Assembly: GCF_021869535.1 (NCBI RefSeq)
Contig: NW_026262582.1
Coordinates: 11,222,001 to 11,286,000 of the forward strand
Direction of reading: 5' to 3'
DNA length: 64,000 nt
From: Mytilus californianus
Lineage: Eukaryota
Part shown: piece after piece, positions 14,701-24,200 of the stretch
Layout: each line of letters starts with the position of its first letter
How positions within the stretch are numbered: position 1 is the first letter of the stretch
Notes under the pieces: generated by a model
What the model was told of the DNA's origin: nothing
Seen by the model: the letters and a program-made list of their open reading frames with translations, nothing else
The model's database searches: none
Position numbers and translations under genes: made by a program

Positions 14701-17700
14701 GTAAATACTCAAATGATAAACCTGTAGTCCTTGCTGTAAGGTGAGTTGTTATTCAATAAAAGCCTACAGTGCTTGGTGTTAGGCAGGTAATTGTTCAATG
14801 AAAATAAAAATTCCTTGCAGTTTGCTGAGGAATGACTCAATTTAAGCTGACTTTACTTGATGTATTCATTCAAATAAAAGTAAAAGTTTTTGTCGAGCCT
14901 ATGACTTTTGTCGCAGAAAGCTCGACATAGGGATAGTGATCAGGCGGCGGTGGCAGCATTAGCTAACTTCTTAAAAGCTTTATATTTTCCAAGGTGGAAG
15001 ACCTTGATGCTTCATACTTTGTATATAGATGCCTTATGTTATGAAGTTTCCGTCTGTCATATGTCCATTGTCCTTGACCACATTTTCATGGTTGAGTGAC
15101 TTCTTGAAAAAAAAGGGAAGATTTTTTTGTAATGTTAATTTCTCTCTTATTATGAGTAATAGGATAACTATATTCAATATGTGCATACCTTGCAAGGTCC
15201 TCATGCCCGTCAGACAGTTTTCATCTGACCTTGACCTCATTTCATGGATCAGTTAACAAGGTTAAGTTTTCATGGTCAAGTCCATATATCAGATATTATA
15301 AGCAATAGGTCTTCTATATTTGGTGTATGGAATAATTGTAAGGTGTACATGTCCAGCTGGCAGGTGTCGTCTGATCTTGACCTCATTTTCATGGTTCAGT
15401 GGTTAAAGTTAAGTTTTTGTGTTCTGGTCTTTTTTTCTAATACTATATGCAATAGGTCAACTATATTTGGTGTATGGAAATATTTTACAATGTACAGGTC
15501 AGTCTGGCAGGTTTTATTTGACCTTGACCTCATTTTCACAGTTTATTGCTCAGTGTTCAGTTTTTGTCTGTTTTTTCTTAAACTATAACCAATAGGTCAA
15601 CTATATTTGTTGTATGGAATGATTGTAAGGTGTATATGTCTGTCTGGCAGGTATCATCTGACCCTTTATTTAGTTCATTCAGACTTATGCGTTCTTATTT
15701 GAAATATTTTCCTCTGCAATACTTTAAAATTTGACGTTCAAGATTGGTCAAACAAGAGTTTTGTCACTTCAGTGATGTTAAAGTCACTAATCTGCTAATT
15801 GTTTTGTTAATTATACCATACAGAGGTGTCAAACTTTAAAGGAAATAGCCAAGAAAGTCTTAGAATCGTCCTGCCTAGGAAAAAAAATCAATAATCTATG
15901 ACAAGTGCACGAGTAAATAAGTTTTTAAACAATATTAATCTCAAAATACTAAAACGTTTGTCATAGTAATCCCAAACCTGCATTGAACCATTTAATATCT
16001 TTTTTAATGATTTAAAAACATTAAAATGTGCCTAAATCCCCCCTCAATTCATGTGCAAAAAATTGATGGAAAAAAATGCATTTCTTCTTATTCTTGTGTA
16101 TATTTCTCCTGTAGTAGGGAGCACCTGGTAATCCCAAACCTTATTTTTATATTAAACCATTAAATATGTTTTTTAATGATTTAACTGGAAATCAGGTGAA
16201 AACAATATCTTCAGAGCACCTGAGATCACCCCCCCCCCCCCCCCCCCCCTAAATTTTTTTGTTTTTGTAGGGGTTCATGTCGCTCAGTCTTTAGTTTACT
16301 ATGTTGTGTATTGTGTACTGTTGTTTGTCTTTTGGTCTTTTTTTTTGTCATGGCGTCAGTTTATTTTCAACCTTGAAGTTTAATGTCCCTTTGGTATCTT
16401 TAATATCTTTTTTAATGATTAAAAAACGTAAAAATATTTGCCTAAATCCCCCCTCAACTTTAAGTTTAAATGTCCCTTTGGTATTTTTTATATGAAAAAT
16501 GAAATGAAGTGACAAAACTCATGTTTATTTTAAACTTTGAGTTTCATTGTCCCCTTGGTATCTTGTGCCTCCCTTTTATCTAGTTACTAGAATATATTCT
16601 CCACTAGTTTTCATAAATTAAATACTGTAAATTCAGAAATTATTGCGTGCATTTATTATTGCGATTTTGTCATTTTAGACTAAAATGCGATTTTATTTTT
16701 TGCGATATTGAGAAAAATCCTGTTTAATTCATATAAAATAATTCAAAATGCGAGTTTAAATTATTGCGATTATAACTCTGTCGCATTTTTCGCAATAATA
16801 AAAACATCGCAATAATTTCTGAATTTACAGTAACACTTTTTGCACCCCTCAGGTCCTCTTTCAAATTAAAATTGTCATCTAGTTTCTTATTCTGCTTAAT
16901 ACTCTGTTATCTAAAGTTGATTGGAAACAATCTGTGTTTAGTTTATAGCTTTTATTGACTGTATTTCTTTTTTTATTTTATAGGGAACAGCGTGTTACAG
17001 CACTATTGGTTGGAATATTGAGTGGGGTGTCTGTGTTTATGACACCGATTTTAACGGTAATCTCAATTTATCATCATTGACAGAAGAGATTTAATTATCT
17101 TTCCAAAGAGTCTCTTAACACAGATTTCAGACCAACTCAATTTTTTACTCTAAAATTTTACAGTATGATAAATGTAAATCCATAATTTTTTGCGACATTC
17201 CTATTATTGCAAAAATTGCAAAAGGATAGATTCAGAAAATTAAAAGTTGCATCGTTTCTACCACTCTTTCAGGAAATTGCACTAATTGGTCTCTATTTTT
17301 TTTGTCCATTTTTCAACAATGGCAATAATAATTGCACACATTAATTATGAATTTACAGTAATAGATTTTGATCATTTTTCAAAAATTTCCAAAAAAAATC
17401 ACAGATTTTACCCAAATGATTGTTGAGTTGTCCTATACCATGCACAAGGGGTAGGTAACTCTTGTATTCTTATTAAAATCAAAACACTTTATTAATGCAG
17501 ATCAAAACATTTTTAGTAAATGTAAGTTTCTGCTCACAATAGTTCTATCATATATTAATATAAGGGGAAAACAAATTTAAATCTTTTTCAACAATATCAA
17601 TGTTGGATTACTTTTAATGTCTGAAGCATTCTGTATATTGTAAATTTAAAATGAGGCAGGTGTTACCTGTAAAAGACAATGGAAGTAGTTATTATTTTTA

Positions 17701-20700
17701 TGAACCTTTTCGGTGATCAATTATACAATTTTGCGGGAAGTCAAATGCTTCGACAACATGGCAGCACCTGTCAACAGGCCTGGTGCTTAAATGCATGTGT
17801 TGTTGAGAGCCTGTCTATGAGAAAACCATGCAAAATGCTAAAAATGGTCTGGAAGCAAGTTTTGAAAATTAATGTTATGAGACATGTATCTAGAAGGGTA
17901 ACATGTTGGGACTCTGTGTATACCATCTAAAGTGAAAATATTTCATTCTATTGAAAAAAAGAATTAACAATTTTGGTTTCACTAGATTTTTCTTTTTATT
18001 AATTCTTTTACTATATATATATTTTTGTGTGTAAATTAATCTTTATATGTTTTAATTTTTATAGATAATCCCTATGCCTGTCCTATATGGTGTGTTCTTA
18101 TACATGGGTGTAGCTGCTCTCAAAGGCATGCAGGTAAGATATACTAACTTGAGAGTACACCTATATGGTGTGTTCTTATACATGGGTGTAGCTGCTCTAA
18201 AAGGCATGGAGGTAAGATATACTAACTTGAGGGTACACCTATACAGTGTGTTCTATACATGGGTGTAGCTGCTCTCAAAGGCATGCAGGTAAGATATACT
18301 AACTTGAGGGTACACCTATAAATTTACACTTTTAAACTGACAGTATCCATTGCAGGCAAAACATTTTTTTGAAATTTGTGCAATTCATCTTATTTGACTC
18401 ATAACCATTGATGACACAAAACTAAATAAAAGAATGATTTTCTTCATCCATTTTATTGTAAAACCCTTTATTTTCTTGTCGTATTTAACCAAGCATTGGA
18501 AATATTCAAAGAGTGACTGAACGACACATTGATTTCACAAATTGTGTAGGCCATGGGCTCTCTAATGGAAGTGTAAAATGCAAGGTACTCTATTTTTTCT
18601 ACATGTATATTCCCCATTTGATTTGGTGCAGCGTCTGTGATAATGTCTTGACAACATCCATTGTTGCATGATACCAGAAGAGTGAAACTTTGGGATATAT
18701 TTCACATGTGAAACTATCAGTTTTTATTTAACTGGGAAATCACGATATTTAAATGCAATCGATGAAATAATTTCTAAACACTAACACTAATCCAACATAA
18801 AAAAATTACAATTATAAGTAACTCTGTTTTTTCTTCTTTTTTCAGTTGACGGACAGAATTTTGATCCTTTTGATGCCCACCAAGTACCAACCCGATCACA
18901 TCTTTTTACGTCATGTTAAAACCACAAGAGTGCATTTATTTACTCTCATCCAAATTCTTTGTCTGGTTGTATTATGGGCAATTAAGACCACCAAATCGAT
19001 TTCAATCGTTTTTCCCGTGATGGTCTTGGGAACATGCTTTGTCAGAAAAGCAATAGAAAAAATCTTCTCTTTTGATGAACTGAAATGGCTTGATGATATA
19101 ATGCCTGATGATAGTAAGAAGAAAAAAGAAGATGAAGAAGAACTAAAAAATGATGATGAAGATGAAGAAGTAAGAAAACTCTATCAATAGTGGAACATTT
19201 ATAATAATGTCAACTGCATATTGATCAAGAAAGAAACTACTATTAATATGCATAAATAATTTTACTCATGTTAATATTGATTTGTTCATATACCTTGTTC
19301 ATACTTCCAAAAAATATTTTTTCACACTTTTCTCAAAAACAGCAAAGCAGAAAACATCAAATTTAGTCAGCAGCTTGTCAGTGATGAGTTGTAATGTGTA
19401 TGAGGGTGGGTAAGACACCTACATTATTGCCATTACTTTTAGTAAGGAGTGAGGGGTGCTTAACACAACAAAGCATGCATTCTTGTTGATACTGTTCAAT
19501 CATTAAAATTTTTGGTATCATAATGAGAACACCCAACGTTATCAATTTTATTCTTCCAAATGATTGGTCACTGTTAACAAGGTTTTCTGACAGATTGTTT
19601 TTTTTCGCAATTTCAGTGCATAAAGTTTGGAGCAAGGGTAAACTTGACCTATACCCACTCAATCCACACAAATTTGGTACTCCACAAATAATACTAAATC
19701 CACAGTACTTTAAAAATTAGAGCTTCTTTTGTCCGTCCATCTGTCCCGCTTCAGGTTAAAGTTTTCGGTCAAGGTAGTTTTTGATGAAGTTGAAGTCCAA
19801 TCAACTTGAAACTTAGTACACATGTTCCCTATGATATGTTCTTTCTAATTTCAATGCCAATTTAGAGTTTGACCCCAATTTTACGGTCCAGTGACTATAG
19901 AAAATGATAGTGCGAGTGGGGCATCCATGTACTATGGACACATTCTTGTTTAATTCCAAATTCTGGTTATCTTGATCTACAAATACAAGTGACTATGATT
20001 CCACCATGTAAAGGACAAATTATCTCTTTAATAGAGAGGTGGAAGAAACCAGAGGAATAGTCAAACTCAACAATCTAAAACTAACTTACAATACCATGGC
20101 AAAAGTCAAACCAAAAGACAAACAACAGTATACAAAACACAATATACGAAACTATAGACTGAGCAACATGATTAAAGAGAGACAACTTTACAAAGAGAGA
20201 AACAACATTTGTCAAAAGAAATTTAAAAATTATTTTCTCATTTATTTTCAGACGGAAAGTTTACTTGGTGATGAAAAGCGAAGACTTAATGAAATGAAAG
20301 CCATTTATGGTCAAGGAGATAAATTCAGTGGTAAGACACCTTTCGCCCAGGATCGGGTGAATATTACGGAGGAAGTAAACAAGACGGGAATCTGGTTACA
20401 AGTCAGACGTGACTCGATGCCTGTTATAAGAGATCCGGACCAGAGTAATGGAGGACTTCACAATAGGTTAGGAACTAGTTTATAAAAATTGGGAGAATTT
20501 AGCAAAGGGGGGTAATAAAAACTATTAGTGGAAGACAGACGGACAGACAGACAACACCATGAACAAAAGAAAAAAGTAAAACGAACAAAAAATACAACAC
20601 AGAAATCTGAAGATTGAGCAACAAGATCCCAGACCAAAAAATTGTTGAACTCAAATGCTCAGTAGTTCCTGCTACTCAACTGGCACCTGTCATGTTATCG

Positions 20701-21280
20701 AGGATGGCTTTCTTCACAATAAGCTCTTTAGTGGTTTCACAATGACGTTAGGTTTGCTAACTGTGGATTACTAATTTTTATGGATTAAGTAGGAATTTGA
20801 GGAGTAAAAGCTAAGAATGGTCAATATAAAGTGTCTGGGTAGGGTGATATGTCCCCCTCTGCCCATTTTACTAACTGTCTCGTGAGCTCAAACACAAAGT
20901 ATCCACCTCAGTAGGTCAGAAGGAGGCAGATTTCATGATCACATCATAGTAACATATTATTACTAGATGTGCATGTAATATTTTCCACTGGATTATAAGC
21001 AGCCATCAATCATTCAATCAAGTAGTTTGATGTTTTATATCAGATCTTTATAAGTTCTATTTATTAAAATCACGTGGGTTTATTTCCTTCTTTTTTTCAC
21101 CTGTTTTTTGTTTGTAGCATTTCTGTTTGAATTTTTTTGTATGTTCTTTGTTTATTTCTTAGGAAAAATGGATCAAAAGACAAGAAGGATAAAAAACCTG
21201 CAGAAAAGACTTCTTTCTTTGTTGGTGAAGACGAAAGAACTCCTCTGAAAGAAGAACATGAAGAAGATGATATGGTTTAG
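2507..21280 (+). CDS. SLC4A8/10-like: SLC4-family Na+-coupled bicarbonate transporter (SLC4A7/A8/A10-like), 5'-partial, 14 coding exons in window
   Basis: Exons 2507-2752, 3789-3935, 6233-6339, 8403-8577, 9583-9716, 10236-10809, 12430-12543, 13236-13400, 14384-14562, 16984-17056, 18065-18133, 18846-19169, 20252-20466, 21163-21280 all have AG/GT boundaries and join in phase (2640 nt). Hallmark motifs: [65 protein letters not shown]. The exact vertebrate orthologue cannot be resolved. Confidence 0.96.
3789..3935 (+). CDS. SLC4 exon: [49 protein letters not shown]
   Basis: tttag acceptor, CAG|gtttgt donor; conserved VLPPGEWDP. Not in ORF track. Confidence 0.95.
5151..6006. repeat. 35-bp minisatellite, about 24 copies (SLC4 intron)
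   Basis: GATGAGATTGTAGCAGGA(A/G)AGGGAGGG(C/T)ACC(A/C)TTT; explains the four - strand ORFs at 5125-6035. Confidence 0.95.
6233..6339 (+). CDS. SLC4 exon: [35 protein letters not shown]
   Basis: tttcag acceptor, AG|gtaaat phase-2 donor; ends in the family L-x-RTG motif. Confidence 0.9.
6701..6991. mobile_element. PIF/Harbinger-like MITE
   Basis: TIR GGGAGCTACCATTTGATTTTTATGG, TAA TSD on both sides, internal A-run/GGCAGGA repeats. Confidence 0.85.
7558..7824. mobile_element. MITE-like element with 34-bp TIRs
   Basis: TGAGCTGTGTCGGATAGAAATC(G/A)ACCTTATGCAA inverted, 33/34 match; no TSD identified. Confidence 0.7.
8403..8577 (+). CDS. SLC4 exon: [22 protein letters not shown]...[14 protein letters not shown] (TM1)
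   Basis: tttacag acceptor, ATG|gtaaat donor. Confidence 0.95.
8715..9046 (+). repeat. Dispersed repeat ending GAGAGTTGTCTCATTGGCACTCATACCACATCTTCTT
   Basis: Related copies at about 3320-3640, 11425-11700 (reverse), 40090-40200 (reverse), 51180-51240 and 54100-54245; shares the CCTGTCC.AAGTCAGGA motif with the PLE 3' regions. Confidence 0.7.
9583..9716 (+). CDS. SLC4 exon: [45 protein letters not shown] (TM2-3)
   Basis: tttcag acceptor, AA|gtaaga donor; GQPL and GSTGP motifs. Not in ORF track. Confidence 0.95.
9871..9914 (-). ncRNA. Minimal type I hammerhead ribozyme remnant (G12A)
   Basis: GCATCA-CTGAAGA-GAC(ATTTATT)GTC-AAAA-TGCGCA-TC-TGGTGC. Stems I and II and palindromic stem III all pair; GAAA has become AAAA. 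Confidence 0.75.
10236..10809 (+). CDS. SLC4 exon: TM4-6 plus Cys-containing glycosylated extracellular loop 3
   Basis: ttccag acceptor, TTT|gtaagt donor; RFTEE motif; overlaps ORF 10261-10875. Confidence 0.95.
12430..12543 (+). CDS. SLC4 exon: [38 protein letters not shown]
   Basis: tttag acceptor, GCT|gtaagt donor; SDFAV and TPKL motifs. Confidence 0.95.
12692..12970. repeat. Diverged tandem dimer, about 137-bp period
   Basis: GACTCATAAATCAACCAATCAAAATGCTGGATTCT occurs twice. Confidence 0.75.
13236..13400 (+). CDS. SLC4 exon: [12 protein letters not shown]...[19 protein letters not shown]
   Basis: ttccag acceptor, CGA|gtgagt donor. Confidence 0.95.
14384..14562 (+). CDS. SLC4 exon: [10 protein letters not shown]...[12 protein letters not shown]
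   Basis: tttcag acceptor, AG|gtgagt donor. Confidence 0.95.
14551..14746 (+). repeat. 44-bp tandem repeat (about 4.4 copies) containing the exon end and splice donor
   Basis: CCTTG(G/C)TGTAAG|GTGAGTAAATACTCAAATGATAAACCTGTAGT. Confidence 0.95.
14888..15665 (+). mobile_element. Helentron-associated (HINE/DINE-1-like) element, 3'-truncated
   Basis: 5' GTCGAGC...GCTCGAC inverted motif, GGC microsatellite, about 150-bp core repeats containing TGACCTTGACCTCATTT. Confidence 0.6.
16625..16830. mobile_element. MITE, TA TSD, CTGTAAATTC TIRs
   Basis: TA|CTGTAAATTCAGAAATTATTGCG ... CGCAATAATTTCTGAATTTACAG|TA. Confidence 0.85.
16984..17056 (+). CDS. SLC4 exon: (R)[24 protein letters not shown]
   Basis: tttatag acceptor, ACG|gtaatc donor; EQRVT motif. 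Confidence 0.93.
18065..18133 (+). CDS. SLC4 exon: [23 protein letters not shown]
   Basis: ttatag acceptor, CAG|gtaaga donor; [13 protein letters not shown] motif. Confidence 0.93.
18082..18320 (+). repeat. 78-bp tandem repeat (3 copies) = 51 nt exon plus 27 nt intron
   Basis: Donors at 18134, 18212, 18289. Confidence 0.95.
18846..19169 (+). CDS. SLC4 exon: [17 protein letters not shown]...LKWLDDIMP...EDEE
   Basis: tttcag acceptor, GAA|gtaaga donor; KYQPD and LKWLDD motifs. Confidence 0.93.
20252..20466 (+). CDS. SLC4 C-terminal exon: TESLLGDEK...[15 protein letters not shown]...GLHN
   Basis: ttttcag acceptor; [13 protein letters not shown] resembles the INISDEMSKTALW segment of vertebrate SLC4A8/10; AG|gttagg donor (read-through ends at 20485). 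Confidence 0.8.
21163..21280 (+). CDS. Probable last SLC4 coding exon: [38 protein letters not shown]
   Basis: Strong pyrimidine tract plus ttag acceptor; phase matches the 20466 donor; open to TAG; followed by very AT-rich UTR-like sequence. Confidence 0.7.
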
Positions 21281-24200
21281 ATATATATTCATTAAATTTC
21301 AACATGTGAAACTTTAAAATGTGAAACTTTAAAATATAAATGTGAAACTTTAAAATGTGAAACTTGAAATCATGAAACTTTAAAATTTTTGTAATTTTAA
21401 GTATGTGAAGATTGATAGACACAAATTAAAGTATTAAACTTTTTCTGATTTTTGTCATCTTAAGTGGAAGATGGACAAGAAAATTAAAGGTCTTTTCCTG
21501 GTTGTGAAAAAGATGTAATGAAAATGTGTAACTGTTGAATATAGTTTCATTTAGTGCTTTGATGCTTCTAGTCAGAAATTGTAGAATTTCAAAACATGGT
21601 GTTAAATTCCTACTAAAGACAAAAATCTTTTTCATATCACAAGCTATTGTAGTTTTGTTTTGTGTCAATATGAATATCCAATTACATTAACACTTAATTT
21701 TAACATCAGTTGAGGTAGTTTAAATTAAAATTAAAGAATGAATATTTTTTTCATATGTTGATCAGATTGTTAAGTATATTTTTACATACTGATATGTTTA
21801 GTATAGATTTATGTACTGTTTGTTATATTAAGCACATTATACGATACTGATATGTTTAGTATAGTTTTATAATGGACAATTTACCTATTGTTAAAATATG
21901 TCATATATTTTTATAATATTTGTGAATTATAAAAATTAATATGAAATTTATATATTCCAGTTGATATTTTCAGAGTAGTTTTTTGAAATATTTATTATGC
22001 ATTTCCGGCACATATTTTGAAAATATCTAAAAAAAAAAAAAAAACTTGGTGATTTTTTTAAAACATTATCAAAACAATGTTTGCGTTTAACTAATAAGTC
22101 TTCCAAATGCTAGTTGTTGTCCTACATGTTTACTTCTAATTGTTTTGAAACAATGCTTTTGACTGTATTATTATTTGAGTTCAGAATAAATAGATGTACT
22201 TTTTCTTACATTATAAGTTTATCCTATGCAAAGATCTTGCCAAAGTAAATTTTGATGAAGTTATATAAATACTCTATTTTTGCAAAACATATAAATCTGA
22301 ATCTGATATTTATTTTGAAAAATTCTAAACTGTATAAAATCAGGAATAATTTATCTTTTTGATCCTGAATCATATAAATTGTTGATAGATGTATATTTGT
22401 TTTTAAATCCTGAACTGTATAACATTTTGAAATATCTTCTTTTTTTAAATCCTAAATATTATAAAAGTCTTGAATGATTGTATTAAAGGTTGGAAAGTTT
22501 ATTGTTTTAAACCCTTAACTGTATAAAAGCTTGATAGATATTTTTTTGAAAAGTCTGCAACTAGAAAATCTTGAAAGCTGCAGTCAAATTAATGACACAC
22601 TCACACAGAATATCTAGTAATTGTTGAATATGAAAACAGTCTGTTATGAATCTCATGAAGAAACCAAAGTGCTTTGAACTTGTGTGTGTAATATATAAGC
22701 CATAATATTCCCAGATAACACTCAGATGTTTTAAGCATAATATGTTCATATTGTTACATAAGTACTAGTCAGTTCTATGTGACATGCATGTAAGTATTTT
22801 ACAATTATTTTTTTTTGTAGTAGTTATTTTATAATAGACCTGTTGAACTAGACAAAACATTTCTCTGCTTTGTTATGTTTCCAGTAATATGAAAAAAAGG
22901 AGAAAATGACATGAATTTAATAAAATTTATAGTTTGTAAATGTCATTTGTTCAGTTAGATTAAACTGTTAGGTCAGTGGGAATCAGGTCAATCTGTGCAG
23001 TTCTTTCTCAAAGAGTACTTTTAGATTCCACACTGTTAACCTAACACGTTATATGTTGGCATTCAGTACAACAGTTAAATGGTGCTCCGGAATGATTTTT
23101 TTTGCCTGAAGATAAACAGACAAAGATTTAGAATTTGTTAGTTGGTGTAATGTGAATGAATCTCAATTTTCAAATATTTCTCATTAGAAAAAAAAAAATG
23201 CTTCATTTTAACATGAGGACTCCAATTTAAAGAATAAATTTTAGTTCTTTACATTTATGTACATAAATATCTATTTGATTTTGCCAAGTAATTAATTTCT
23301 TATAATGAAATAACTTTTTATAGAGAAAAATGAACGTGCAATTGATTTATCTTTGCTATTAATTAAGTTTTTTTTTTAAAGATTTATATATTTAATTTTA
23401 GCAGTAATGTAAGACATTTTTATTCATGTATTTAACATGCAGTATGTCGTTTGTATATTACATTTAAAACAACGAATATCAATAAATAAAAAAATATTTT
23501 ATAAAACATTGTATATCTAAATGTTATAGTTTATTAAATTCATTTAAAGCTTATAATTTTATTAAATTCATTTAAAGCTTATAACTTTATTAAATTCATT
23601 TAAAGCTTATTTTTTACCAATTACATACATTTTTACTTCTCATTGCCTTTTTCTTCCTGTGCTCGAATATTCATTTGCACATTTGTGCAATAAATTATGG
23701 ATATTTGTTTTAATTAATTTTAATGCATACAAAATTTACACCTGTAAATATTTTAAACGTTTCATATGTATCAGCATTTTATATTGATGGTGGAATCATA
23801 TTTTGACTGGAAATATCACTTTAATTATGACTAATTTCAAAATGAGTTTGGTTTGTTTTTTGTGAAATTGATCCCACCATGTATTCAATGTTTATTATAG
23901 CAATTGATAAGCATATAAAATTTTTATTTTTTTAAGCATTCATTATTGTAAATACACTTAAAATTAATTGTAAATTTTAGCTGTACTGTTCTGCAATTAT
24001 TTATCATTATTTTAAATTTGAGAGAAAATGTTTTCATTGGAAATTTCACAGCTAGACATGTGTTATGCTACATTTATGTAAATAAATTCATCAAAGAAAC
24101 CAGAAAATCACTCATTATCAAATATTTCTTATGAACGCAATGTACAGATGTCACAAACTTCATAAAAGTCGTTCAAACTGATATCAGATAAGGTCAACAA

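Noticed and set aside
20331-20349. GTAAGA...CAG as a tiny intron within the SLC4 exon
   Set aside because: 19 nt is too short for a spliceosomal intron and the frame is open through it; use as an alternative donor would be out of phase with 21163.
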